From assembly GCF_006345805.1 (NCBI RefSeq), contig NC_043001.1:104594001-104658000 (forward strand): a DNA stretch of 64,000 bases. The letters are read 5' to 3'. The position numbers and the translations under genes are program-made. The stretch is from Octopus sinensis (Eukaryota). This document shows positions 48,398 to 59,924 of this stretch, one piece after another (the stretch's first letter is position 1; each line of letters begins with the position of its first letter). The notes under the pieces were generated by a model. That model searched no databases. It was not told the origin of the DNA and saw only the letters and a list, made by a program, of their open reading frames with translations.

Positions 48398-50105
48398 ATA
48401 TGTTTATAGTATCACTTACATTCATGTATCAGGTTATATAATCTATCTTTTACTTGTTTCATTAATCAGACTGTGGCCATGCTGGGGTACTACCTTGAAC
48501 AATTTTAATCAACCCCAGAACTTTTCTTTTAAACTTGGTGCTTATCTTATTAGTCTCTTTTGCCGAACCATTAAGTTATGGGGACATAAACATGCTGACA
48601 TTGGTTTACAAGTGGGGGGGGGAACAAACACAGATACAAAGACACACACACACGTGTGTGCCCCCCCCTTACACACACACATACACACATACAGAGTATG
48701 CAAGAAAGGATCTGGAAACCCAGAAGATGACTTTCAGTCATGGATTGTGCATAACAAATAAAGGATAGAATTGGTATTACACTAATTGTACCATTTACAA
48801 TTATTTCAATAAAAAATGGTTGACAAATCATATACTTTTGAAAACATAGAAGATAATGATATTCTTTTCTATTCTAGGCACAAGGCCCGAAGTTTTTGGG
48901 GAGGGTGCCAGTTGATTAGATTGACCCTAGTATGCAACTGGTGCTTAATTTATCAACCCTGAAAGGATAAAAGGCAAAGTCGACCTTGGTGGAATTTGAA
49001 CTCAGAACATAAAGACAGATAAAATACTGCTAAGCATTTCGCCTAGCTCGCCACCTTATAGGAGATAATGATATTGTCATATTGATTATATAAAATGTAT
49101 TATATAATGGTGAAGACACGTGGCTCAGTGGTTAGAGTATCTGGCTTACAATCAAAAGATCTAAGTTTAATTCCCAGCAGCATGATGTGTCATTCAGCAA
49201 GACACTTTATGTTGCTCCACTTCACTCAGCTGTCAGAAATAAGTAGTACCTGTATTTCAAAGGGCCAGATTTGAGTACTCAACCAGTTGCACATTAATTC
49301 TATGAGCAGACTGTCATGTTGATCGGATCAACTGGCACACTCATCATCACAACTGACAGAGTGCCAATATTGTACAATAACTGACTGATAGTAAGCACCC
49401 TTCATTCGGTGGGTGATATGCAAAGCACCCTTCAATTATTGGATGATATGCTGTGCCTGTGAAAACCTGTCAAACCAAGTGAAATCATATGCATGGCTGA
49501 TGTCAGTGTCAGGCCGGTGGCATGTAAAATACACTCACTACACTTTTGGAGTGGTTGGCATTAGGAAGGGCATCCAACCATAGAAACCTTGCCAAATCAG
49601 ATTGGAAACTGGTGCAGCCCACCAGCTTACCAGTTTTCAGTCAAACCGTCTAACACATGCCACCAGGAAAGCAGATGTTAAATGACGATGATGATGATAG
49701 TCATAACTTTTGTGAGCAATTAGACATAGTTACAAAATGAATGAGTTTACTTATATATGGGCACATGAGAGATGTTTAATTAATTAAGATAGCAGGGCTT
49801 ATTGTTAGAAATGTCAATAAAGAAAAAGTGGATTGCAATGTAATTGTATTTCTTAACAAGAACATTTTACAAGTTCCTTTCATTAATCAATCCATAAATT
49901 CAGACATTTGTCTAGTTGAGACAGTGAAACATTTCAAAATGTATAATAAATTCATCCACTCTGATCTCTATTTGACAAACTGTTAGACTACATGACATAA
50001 AAGTGATTCAGCATAAACACACATATATACATAAATCAAAAGCAAGCTTGTTAGCCTAACAAGTAAGACTGCAGTAGTAGACAAATAAAATGAAAAGTGA
50101 CTTAC

Positions 50106-50226
50106 TTTAATATCATAATCGTTTTTCTCCAAATAATATTTAGCTCGACCATAATCAATCCAATTGTCTATTGAGAACCGTTTAACAACCAGAGCTTTGT
50201 TAAACCCCATCTTGTTCCAGTGTTTG
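50106..50226 (-). CDS. UBA-like repeat gene, exon 3: (S)KHWNKMGFNKALVVKRFSIDNWIDYGRAKYYLEKNDYDIK (UBA-like repeat 1)
   Basis: Acceptor attaattgtccacag, donor AAA|gtaagt, 121 nt, phase 2 to 0. Confidence 0.87.
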
Positions 50227-50477
50227 CTGTGGACAATTAATAAAGAGACATAATACAGCTATTTAATTCTGAGAAATAAAGAAATTAGTGTTAAATTTTT
50301 ATTTTTTAAATGGCAGATTAATGTTGATGTAGAATATAGTTTGATGAACAATGATGTTATAAATCAAAAATTAAAATTAAAAATTAAAGTCTTTGGCAAA
50401 AAAAATTCAATGTTAATGTACATAAAGGAACATATATAATTATACATACACAATAAAACCCAGATTCATCCACTTAC

Positions 50478-50530
50478 CTTTCAACAAATTTTTTTAAACA
50501 TTTAAACCAACTCCTACTAGCTTCAGCTCC
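50478..50530 (-). CDS. UBA-like repeat gene, candidate exon 2: GAEASRSWFKCLKKFVE(S)
   Basis: Strong donor AAG|gtaagt and weaker acceptor gtaccagccctgatag. It is 53 nt, phase 0 to 2, and fits both neighbours. Confidence 0.55.
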
Positions 50531-50544
50531 CTATCAGGGCTGGT

Positions 50545-51035
50545 ACAAACAGTATCTCCCTCAAGCTTGGCTTTTTCAGAAATAAATGCATCGACCTAAT
50601 CATTAAGCAGGCTCTGGCTCAGGTTAATATCCCCTCAGTTCTGGAGCTAGCAGTATTATCCAGAAGTGATGGGAAGAGACCAAATGGTCTTCTACTTTGT
50701 CCCTATGTAAGAGGTAGGTGTCTCATCTGGGATATCACAGTCTGTGGATCTTTTGCTCCCTCTCACATCCTGGATGATGTGGTAAATGGGAGGGTCACTG
50801 TTTCTGTAGGTGAACAGAACAAAATCTTTAAGTATCAGAACTTGTCAGTGAATCATTTCTTCCAGCCTGTGGAGTTTGAGATGTTTGGAAGAGCTAGGCT
50901 GCTAACAAAAAAGCTCTTGTCATCATTGGAGGCTCACCTTACTGAGGTGCCAGGTAATGCCCATGAGGGTGTTTGGCTATTCCAATGTCTTAACCTTGTC
51001 ATCACCTGTTGTAATGCTGTATGTTGACTTGCTTC
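50545..51035 (+). mobile_element. CRE-like non-LTR retrotransposon 3' fragment (restriction-like endonuclease), copy 1
   Basis: GFFRNKCIDLIIKQAL...IPSVLE...RSDGKRPNG...LIWDITV...EQNKIFKY.NL...FQPVEFEMFG matches the RLE (PD..D) region of CRE-clade elements. Confidence 0.8.
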
Positions 51036-51252
51036 AGTAAGTTCCACTGAACCTTGTGATGTGCAACCAACTGAAGCACTCAGTATTGAATTCATGTTTT
51101 TTCTTTCTTCCTCTTTATCTCCTTTTTCTTTATTTCTTCACTCATGCTTCTGTTTTTCTTTGGTTTGGAATTTGTAAGCAAGTGCTTACCAACCACTCCT
51201 GCATTTATTGTATACAGTGCTCAAGTGCACTAGAATTCATCAGATAACTTAC

Positions 51253-51333
51253 ACTGATGCCACTTTCTCTCATAGAAATAATCTTTTTACTTTTACAGCA
51301 ATGTTCTTTCATGCAGACATTGGAAAATATTTT
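51253..51333 (-). CDS. UBA-like repeat gene, candidate exon 1 of the coding chain: KIFSNVCMKEHCCKSKKIISMRESGIS (may contain the start ATG)
   Basis: Acceptor catttgttttttag, donor AGT|gtaagt, 81 nt. Only this frame is open end to end, and it has two in-frame ATGs. Confidence 0.6.
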
Positions 51334-51954
51334 CTAAAAAACAAATGATAAACACAATAACATTGATTTTCATATGAAGCCTAATTTATCTTTAGAAACA
51401 TTCCACTGGTTCTGTTTCCAATAATATAACACACCTCAATGTCAACAAAAATTAGATGGAACATGTATGGAAAATCACTTTTATTTTACATGCAGATTAA
51501 TTTTGCATTTCTACAGATGTGTGTTCTCCCATACCGATTTTGTTGCCTTGTAACTTCCAGAAAAATGAATATTTTTAATGAAATTTTCTACAAATATGCT
51601 TCAGATGGTGTAGATTCTGATTATATTGTAATATGTGGTGGAAACTTTTCTGGGGTGGGATGAGGAATTTCAGAAAATTCAAACGAGATGGCTTTCTTTA
51701 CTCATAACTTTCAGAAAAATGGATAATATTTTATGAAATTTCCTATAAATACCTTCAAGAATGTGTAGATTACAATTATATTGGAATTTAATGGAAAAAA
51801 GAAAGTTTGGTGGGTTCGTACACATGCATACTGACACAGGTCACATACATCTACAAAATAAGACTTGAAATTTCAAAAAATTTGTAATGTGTGTCAGCGT
51901 GTGTGTGTGTTCACACAGTTTTACTTTTCACATCAAATTCTGATATAATTATGG

Positions 51955-52300
51955 TCGCAAGGCAGATGCTTTGTTTGGGATGTCACTGTTAGCTACTCCT
52001 TTGCTTCTTCTCACATCCTGGATGCTGTGGTCAAGCCGAGATCCACAGCTTCTGTAGCTGAACAGAACAAAATCATGAAATACCACGATCTGTCAGCTAA
52101 CTACATTTTCCATCCTGTGGCATTCGAGATGTTTGGTGGGGTTAGACCACTAACTGCAAGATTCCTCTCTTCACTGGCAACTCGCTTTGCAGAGGTAACT
52201 GGTGAGGCTTGTGAGAGCGCTTGACTGTTCCGGCGCATCAGCTTCGCCATCACCGACAGCAACACTGCAAGCATGCTGCCGTGCCTCGATAGCCATTAGT
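51955..52300 (+). mobile_element. CRE-like RLE fragment, copy 2
   Basis: ALFGMSL/WDVTV...AEQNKIMKYHDL...FHPVAFEMFG...LATRFAEVTGEACE...FRRISFAI is collinear with copy 1. Confidence 0.8.
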
Positions 52301-52629
52301 GAGGTTTCCAAGCACCCCCAACTTTTCAACCCAATGTGGTGAATTGTTTTGGCTTTTTTATAATTTTGTAAAACTAATATAATGAATAATAAAATCAGGA
52401 TTTGAACTCAGAATGTAAAGGTAATCATTGTAATTTACACAATCTGAAAAGTATTTGTAGAAAATTTCATGAAAAAAACACACACTTTTCTGAAAGATAT
52501 GAGGAAACAATGCCAACAGCTGTAAATTTTCCGAAACCCCTTTTCCTCCTTACAGAACAAATGTACCACCATACATTTTGGGAGGAAAAAGCCCAGCGTC
52601 TACTAACTCCCTCCAAGTACTAATCTCAA

Positions 52630-53460
52630 AAAGTCTTCTTGTGAATGTGACCTGGGCATTATTGTCGACAGCAATTTGCATTGGACAAAACACATTGCTA
52701 AAATTGCCAAGAAAGCTGAGAGTGTCTTGACATCACTCACCAAGTCCTTTGTGAGCCACTCTCTGGCTATCTATCTACGGCTTTATATAGCTATGGTGCG
52801 ACCTCACTTGGAATTTGCATCAGCAGTCTGGAACCCCTATCTTGCCCAGGATATTAATCGTTTGGAAGCCATTCAGCAGCGTGCAACCAAGAGAATACCC
52901 TCCATCAGGCATTTGCCATATTCTGAACGCCTTACTTCCCTGGGCATGGATACATTGAAACTCCGACATCTGGCAGCTGACTTGGCAGACACCCATAAAA
53001 TTATTAACCATTTTACAAACAATAACTCTGAGCACCTTTTCAAACCCCATCTGTCTAACACCTGTGGACATGTTTATAAAGTCAGAAAACAGCACAGCTC
53101 CTATGACTTTCGGAAATATTTTTTCATGCTAAGAGTTGCTGAAGCATGGAACAAACTGCTGGCATCAGCTGTTAGTTGTTGGAGCACTGCATCTTTCAAA
53201 ACTTCCATGCTTCCTGAGATTCGCCAACACTAGACCTGATTTTCTTCCCTCCATACACATGCAAGCATGTATCTGACTCATACACTGTTCGCTTTCCAGG
53301 CCTTTGTACATAACAGCATATTCTTTATACGCATTTTTAACAATTTGTGGTGCACCTGAGCACTGTATACAATAATTTCATTATTATTATTATTATTACT
53401 ATTATCATTATTATTATTATTATCCATCATTATTATTATTATTATTATCATTATTATTAG
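52630..53460 (+). mobile_element. CR1-clade LINE 3' fragment with (ATT)n tail
   Basis: ORF 52676-53233 (LYIAMVRPHLEFASAVWNPY...LEAIQQRATK...YSERL..LG..TL...RKYFFMLRVAEAWNKL). The 3'UTR ends GCACCTGAGCACTGTATACAATAATTTC(ATT)n. Confidence 0.92.
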
Positions 53461-53642
53461 AAAAACTTTTTCACAAATTCCAATATAATTGGAATCTACA
53501 CCATCTGAAGCGGGCATTTCTTTGATGAATATCAATTTTTCTGGAGGGTATGAGGAAACAAAGTCGTAGAGAGAGCACACATTAGTAGGAATGCCTTAAT
53601 TTTCTGTAGATGAGACAAATTCTCCTCTTGGATATTTGGAGT

Positions 53643-54234
53643 GGTGCAATATATCGTTTTGTGTTCTTTTGGTTCGACAACTCTTTAATACAATACATAC
53701 TATGCAAGGGAGATAATTCAGGATGTCTTTAAGTTCTTCATGTGCCTGCGCATACAAACGCGCACTATTTTTTGAAAATCAATGAACGATTGTATTAATT
53801 TCCAAATTAACCCATTCGTGCCGAAATTTTTCTATTGAAAGAAATTGCCTGAGAGTTCATAGATTTTGGGATAATATATATACCTTCAACCGGGAACAAA
53901 AAAAATTAGCCAGCCTGGTTGGGGTGTTAACAAGTGTGTGGAAAACGAATATGAAAAACTAAATGCGCGCTGACGACCCCGGGCGGTGGGGGGGGGGGCT
54001 GACTTTCGGAAAATTCACAAGATCTGATTTTTCAGTCATAACTTCGGGTAAAATGTATATATATATTGATTTTTTTTTTTTTTTTTACGGAATCCCACAT
54101 TTTTGGTTATGGAGGATCTCATTCTGAAAAAAAAAAGTTTCAAAAATCGCATTTTCGAAATTTCAATTCCCCACCCCCTTCATTTCTCACTTTTCCCGAA
54201 TTTTTTTTTTTTTTTTTTTTTTCTTTTTCTTTTG
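53643..54234 (+). repeat. Source copy of a ~590-bp inverted duplication (other copy 56670-57255)
   Basis: A base-by-base reverse-complement match by eye. Differences are mostly homopolymer lengths and single-base indels. Confidence 0.95.
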
Positions 54235-54687
54235 CGAAATACATAAAAAAATACGAAGATTACGATTCTGAAAAACAATTGTTTGTAAAATTTCAATTTT
54301 TCAACAAGGAAAGAAAAAAAAGGTATACCCTGAGGCCTTCCACATGCTAGAAATAACAGCCAAATCTCACAAAACTGAGATAACATAATGAAATTTCGAA
54401 AATGCGATTTTTGAATAACTTCTTTTTTTTTTAAGAATCGGATCTTCTATAACCAAAAACACGAAATTCCGTAAAAAAAAAGTCAAAACATATCCCTTTC
54501 TTATCTTCTATTTTCAAGGGTTACAGAATTAACACAGGTCATAGGAACATAAACCTTCTTCCACGAAAAGATAGCTTAAACTGTGCTCTAAATGGAGGTG
54601 TAGTCAAATCCTATTTATGGACTCAACCATGTTGGGTAACAGAATTAACACAAGTTATAGGAACATAAATCTTCTTCCACGAAGTTA

Positions 54688-55203
54688 TCTATATCTATAT
54701 ATATAAAACTGTAGTTGTGTGAGTGTCTGTCCCCTTCGATTTTGATTCCTAACTCCTCCCACATTTTGCGGTGCAGTTTAACCAAATTCGGGTATCTTAT
54801 AGTCGTGATTAATATCGAGCCCGTCTGGCTATTAGCGCGCGTCAACGATGAGTCTACGATTTTAAAAATAATTTAACATCATTTTTTATTCCATTTTAAT
54901 GCATAATTTTTCGTGTGTCAATGGCGGCGGAGTTGGCGTCCACGCTCACAGCTGCGCCTGTTTGCTTCTCCCCCTTCCCTCCCTCGTGAAGCTGTGGGGA
55001 AGGGAGTGTAAAGAAATCAACGTCGTAATGCGTTGTCAAGGAGACCAGCGTTCTTTTAGAACAACGACTTCATGGCTTGAAGACACCAAAACAGAAATGG
55101 CTAAGAAAGCCCGAATTGGCATCTATAAGGGAAGTAACTCTCTAAAAATGCTTATATAGTTATTTCCCTTACAAACCCGAGCAACGCCGGGCGATACTGC
55201 TAG
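54688..55203 (+). mobile_element. Complete non-autonomous Helitron, 516 bp
   Basis: 5' a|TCTATATCTATATATATAAAACTG. The 3' hairpin CCCG-AGCAACGC-CGGG is followed by CGATACTG-CTAG|t. Inserted at an A|T site. Confidence 0.9.
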
Positions 55204-55380
55204 TAGGAACATAAATCTTCTTCCATGTTCTAAAATAAGTCGAAAGGTAAGCTACTATAATTCGGCAAGAACTTTCCGGGTAACCCAATAAATTAATTCT
55301 ACGTTTACGGATTTGTGTTATTAAGATTCCCGAAGTGAAATCTCCAGTAGTCATTAATTTTTTTCTCTCTTTTTTTTTTT

Positions 55381-55546
55381 TTTTGGCTAAATAAACTCAC
55401 GCACCATGTATGCTTTCTTCATTCGTTTATTCCTGTTCTTATTCTAACTCATGTCCATTGTCCGGACAATGGACATCAGTTAGAATAAGAACAGGAATAA
55501 ATGAGTGAAGAAGGCATACATGGTGCGTGAGTTTATTTGGCAAAAA
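55381..55546. repeat. Loopless palindrome, ~83-bp arms
   Basis: Centre ...CATTGTCC|GGACAATG... at 55463/55464, with a few mismatches along the arms. Confidence 0.92.
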
Positions 55547-56457
55547 AGAGAAAAAAAGAATGACCGTCCCGAAATACAATAATAATATATTAATGTAACT
55601 CTTGAATATCTTTTCAGTAAATTCAGGAAGAGACTTCACCTTCACTTTAAACTTTACAGGGTTTTATGAACAAAACGTGACGGAAAAATTACAACAGCAA
55701 AAGGGATAAGATGTTAAGCGATAGCAATTTCTCCTTTACAAATTTGTCTTTCTAACTTTTCGATAGATGAATGAGAGATTATAATTTCGTAAATAATGAA
55801 AACGAGATTAATAAGGTACTTCACCTCCAATGTTGACTTCAAACGTCGTCTTCGTGAAAAGAGAAATGATTTGACTCTGAAGAATTTAGCAGACGATAAC
55901 CTTTTTATCGTCTGCTCGCAAATGGTGGGAAGAAAATGGAATACTTCGGTTATTTCCGGATAATTTCGGTTTAAACGTAGTCAAATGCCTGTCTATGAAT
56001 GTATGTTAGAGAGAGAGTGGGGAGAGACGAGAGAGGCAAGACAGAGAGAGAGACAAGCAGAGAATGAGAGAGAGTGAGAGACAGAAGGAAAGAAAGCGAG
56101 ACAGAGAGAGCGAAGGCGCGACTGTGTCCCTGAAAGAGCTGTATTAATGATACCACCCCACTCCCACTCTATAGTTATCACTTACCACTTACACAACTCT
56201 GCTTCTACTTGTGATATCCGTTACACACTCATTAGGCCACCACCATTGCCCTTACTTAGATCTAACTTAAATATGTTTCGGCAAGTATAAGCCCAGGCCA
56301 GGTCTAACTTAATAATAGCACCACTAACATCTTGCCCAACCTACCCTTCAATTTTCAAAATTATAAGATATATATATATATATATATATAATTTCAACAA
56401 TTGAGGGTAAAATTAATTAATTAATCAATTTCACCAAGTATTCAGTATGCAAAGGGA

Positions 56458-56497
<40 letters not shown>

Positions 56498-56615
56498 TTA
56501 ATAAGGGTGAGAGAATTAGATACTAATTTAATAGTATATCCATTCAACACCAAGTGGCCTAGTGCTCCGAGAAACCTGGATTATTATAATATTTTATAAT
56601 ATATTATATTTTTAC

Positions 56616-57313
56616 AAAATAAATATAAGAGAGTGGTCACTATATGGCTCACTCTAGCACCAGTTAATCCAAAAGAAAAAGAAAAAAAAAAAAAAAAAAA
56701 ATTCGGGAAAAGTGAGAAATGAAGGGGGTGGGGAATTGAAATTTCGAAAATGCGATTTTTGAAACTTTTTTTTTTCAGAATGAGATCCTCCATAACCAAA
56801 AATGTGGGATTCCGTAAAAAAAAAAAAAAAATCAATATATATATACATTTTACCCGAAGTTATGACTGAAAAATCAGATCTTGTGAATTTTCCGAAAGTC
56901 AGCCCCCCCCCCACCGCCCGGGTCGTCAGCGCGCATTTAGTTTTTCATATTCGTTTTCCACACACTTGTTAACACCCCAACCAGGCTGGCTAATTTTTTT
57001 TGTTCCCGGTTGAAAGTATATATATTATCCCAAAATCTATGAACTCTCAGGCAATTTCTTTCAATAGAAAAATTTCGGCACGAATGGGTTAATTTGGAAA
57101 TTAATACAATCGTTCATTGATTTTCAAAAAATAGTGCGCGTTGTATGCGCAGGCACATGAAGAACTTAAAGACATCCTGAATTATCTCCCTTGCATAGTA
57201 TGTATTGTATTAAAGAGTTGTCGAACCAAAAGAACACAAAACGATATATTGCACCTTTTGGATTAACTGGTGCTAGAGTGAGCCATATAGTGACCACTCT
57301 CTTATATTTATTT

Positions 57314-57314
<1 letters not shown>
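56616..57314. mobile_element. 60-bp perfect inverted repeats enclosing an inverted copy of 53643-54234
   Basis: AAAATAAATATAAGAGAGTGGTCACTATATGGCTCACTCTAGCACCAGTTAATCCAAAAG at 56616-56675 and its reverse complement at 57255-57314. Confidence 0.85.
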
Positions 57315-57344
<30 letters not shown>

Positions 57345-57441
57345 ACCGACCAGACCATCAGATGTTACACATCGCTGGTCACAATGCGTTCGCATTATTT
57401 TAGCCTTCGAATGACGCCATCCCGCTGGCTAAGCGAGTAGG

Positions 57442-57470
<29 letters not shown>

Positions 57471-57475
<5 letters not shown>

Positions 57476-57694
57476 AAATTTAGAGGATTGACCACTAAAA
57501 GTGGACAGCCTGCATACTAGAAATAGACGTCAAAATCGCCATTTTCCACGGAGAATGCGTTCTCAAGAAAAAATTCAGCAAAAAAACCGAATTTTTTCTT
57601 GAGAACACATTCTCCGTGGAAAATGGCGATTTTGACGTCTATTTCTAGTATACAGGCTGTCCACTTTTAGTGGTCAATCCTCTAAAGTTTGTAT
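57471..57694. mobile_element. Fold-back MITE, ~105-bp arms, TA-flanked
   Basis: ATACAAAATTTAGAGGATTGACCAC...GAAAAAATTC, a short loop, then GAATTTTTTC...GTGGTCAATCCTCTAAAGTTTGTAT. Confidence 0.88.
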
Positions 57695-57775
57695 GTAAAA
57701 AAATTTTAATCTTCGGATTTTTTTAAATATACTAAAGCACTGGTTTTAATTAGTTAATATCAATTTCTACCCTTA

Positions 57776-57806
<31 letters not shown>

Positions 57807-58037
57807 TACACTCTTTTACTTGTTTCAGTCATTTGACTGCGGCCATGCTGGAGCTCCGTTCTTAGCCGAAGAAATCGACCCCAGGACTTATTTTTGCAAG
57901 CCTAGTACTTATTCTATCGGACTCTTTTGCCAAACCGCTAAGTTACGGTGATTTAAACACACCAGCATTGGTTGTCAAGTGATGTTAGGGGAGGGGGGAA
58001 AACACACACACACACACACATATATATACATATACAC

Positions 58038-58244
58038 CAGTGGTTTCCAACCAGGGTTCCGCGGCACTTTCGGGTTCCGCCAGTACAGTCCAGGGGTTCC
58101 GCAAGAAGTTACAAAAATGCTAAAATCGACAGTAATTTTTAATTCTCCTGTGCATAAGACAATTAAATTATTGCACAGGGGTTCCTCGAGCCAGTGGAAT
58201 GTTTCCTTAGGGTTCCGCTTCAGCAAAAAGTTTGAAAAGCACTG
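58038..58244. mobile_element. hAT (Charlie-like) MITE nested in a family A SINE
   Basis: TIRs CAGTGGTTTCCAAC and GTTTGAAAAGCACTG. An 8-bp TSD ATATACAC sits at 58030-58037 and 58245-58252. Confidence 0.9.
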
Positions 58245-59184
58245 ATATACACGACAGGCTTCTTTCAGTTTCCGTCTACCAAGCCACTCACAAGGCTTTG
58301 GTCGGCCGAGGCTATTGTAGAAGACACTTGCCGAAGGTGCCTCGCAGTGGGACTGAACCCGGAACTATGTGGTTGGTAAGGAAGCTACTTACCACACAGC
58401 CACCCTTGCACCATAAAATGACAACAAAAGAATGAACAAGACCTTGATATTATGGAAATAATGGAATTTATAAAAAGTGCTTTTGTCTTAATAACTGATG
58501 AGATGTCGAGTAGCTTTTAACTCCAGCATCCGGAACAGCATTATTATGACAACTGATTGTCCTATATTATACATACATACATACATACACGCACACACAC
58601 ATACATACATATACAGCAATAAGAAAATGGAGGGGATCAAGAGGTGGTATTCATCAACTTTTAGACATTATATTATGTCTATTTATTTATTTAAAAAAAC
58701 AATTATAACAATATACATATGTGTCTAACAGATTATGCTTTACATATATAATATATAAAAATACCAGTAATTATTAAAATATATAACTTAGAGCATAGAA
58801 AGTAGGATACGTTCTACTGATAGTTTTCCTTAATTGATCAATAGACCAGTTGAGTAAACCTATCAGTAATGTACCTATAATGACTGCTGGAAACAGCTGT
58901 AAGCCAAATTTTGCTCTAATAAAGGAATTATATGTAATGGCCATCTTTTGTAACTTGTTTCTGACATCTCACTCTGAAATTATTGTGTATAGTGCTCAGG
59001 TGCACTATATGTGTGTGTATGTGTGTGTGTGTGTGCATGTGACTGTCTTTTTCACTGTTCTGCTACAAATAAACATTAAAAAAATTTTATATGGAACTTA
59101 CTGAACATATAGTTTTACTTTCTCAGGATTAATACCAATCAGTAAATATGTATTTCTTCTTAGTTGAAATTTACAGAAAAACAA

Positions 59185-59330
59185 TAGACGAAGACAGGTG
59201 TATAAACAACAAGCAGGTGTGTTAGTTTAATGCTCAGGAAGGTGAGAAAGTATTTTATGTTTCGAGCCTATGCTCTTCAACAGAAAGGAATACGAAGAAA
59301 TAAACAGAGAGAATAAAAAAAAACTTGTAT
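59185..59330 (-). mobile_element. Probable Penelope-type pseudo-LTR fragment with a degenerate hammerhead-like core
   Basis: The minus strand reads CCTTT-CTGTTGA-A-GAGC-ATAG-GCTC-GAAAC-ATA-AAA (59252-59288). Confidence 0.5.
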
Positions 59331-59924
59331 ATTTAGTGGTCAATCATGGCAACTGGTTGGAGAAAAGTAGTTGGACAGGAGTGCAGCTTAACTCGATTGG
59401 AGGTCAGGGAATTTAAATTACAATTATTATTTTTTCTTTTGCTTATATCCCAGCAATGGCCCACATGTGATACTTCCCAATCATCAAACCATAAAATGTG
59501 TTTATCGGGAGAAAAAATTGAAAGACATCAAAGCATGTGAAAGTGATAAAGAAACAAGTAAGGTGTTCATGGGATATACTAGAAACAACAGTCAAATCTC
59601 CCTTGAATCACATACTTTTTCATCTGAACATATATATATATATATATTTGCAAAAAGGTTTCTCCCATGGTTTTTTAGCATGCTTTGCCCAAAACATTAG
59701 CTGGAGGGTGGTACTATATAATTTCGAAGGCTGTGGTGAAAAATAAAATTGAAAAAATCCCCACCAAGACTAAAAAAATCCAATTGATGTGAGTGTCCTG
59801 ATTAAAAAAAAAAATGGTAAATTTCCATTTTTCTGGAATTTATGAAGAAATAAAGCCAACTTGCATGAATTTTATGAAACTTCTCTCCCTACCCTCAAAA
59901 AAAAATTTCATAACAAATTCTGAT

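Noticed and set aside
54066-54386. Phe-rich ORFs, and their mirrors at 56584-56914
   Set aside because: They are translations of poly-T/poly-A tracts inside the inverted duplication.
54658-55225. 22-bp target-site duplication around the Helitron
   Set aside because: The left copy is 8 bp from the element end. It is explained by an A|T insertion into an existing tandem duplication, and Helitrons do not make TSDs.
59117-59157. Extra minus-strand exon (RNTYLLIGINPEK)
   Set aside because: The donor (gtaaaa) is weak and I found no phase-compatible upstream coding partner.
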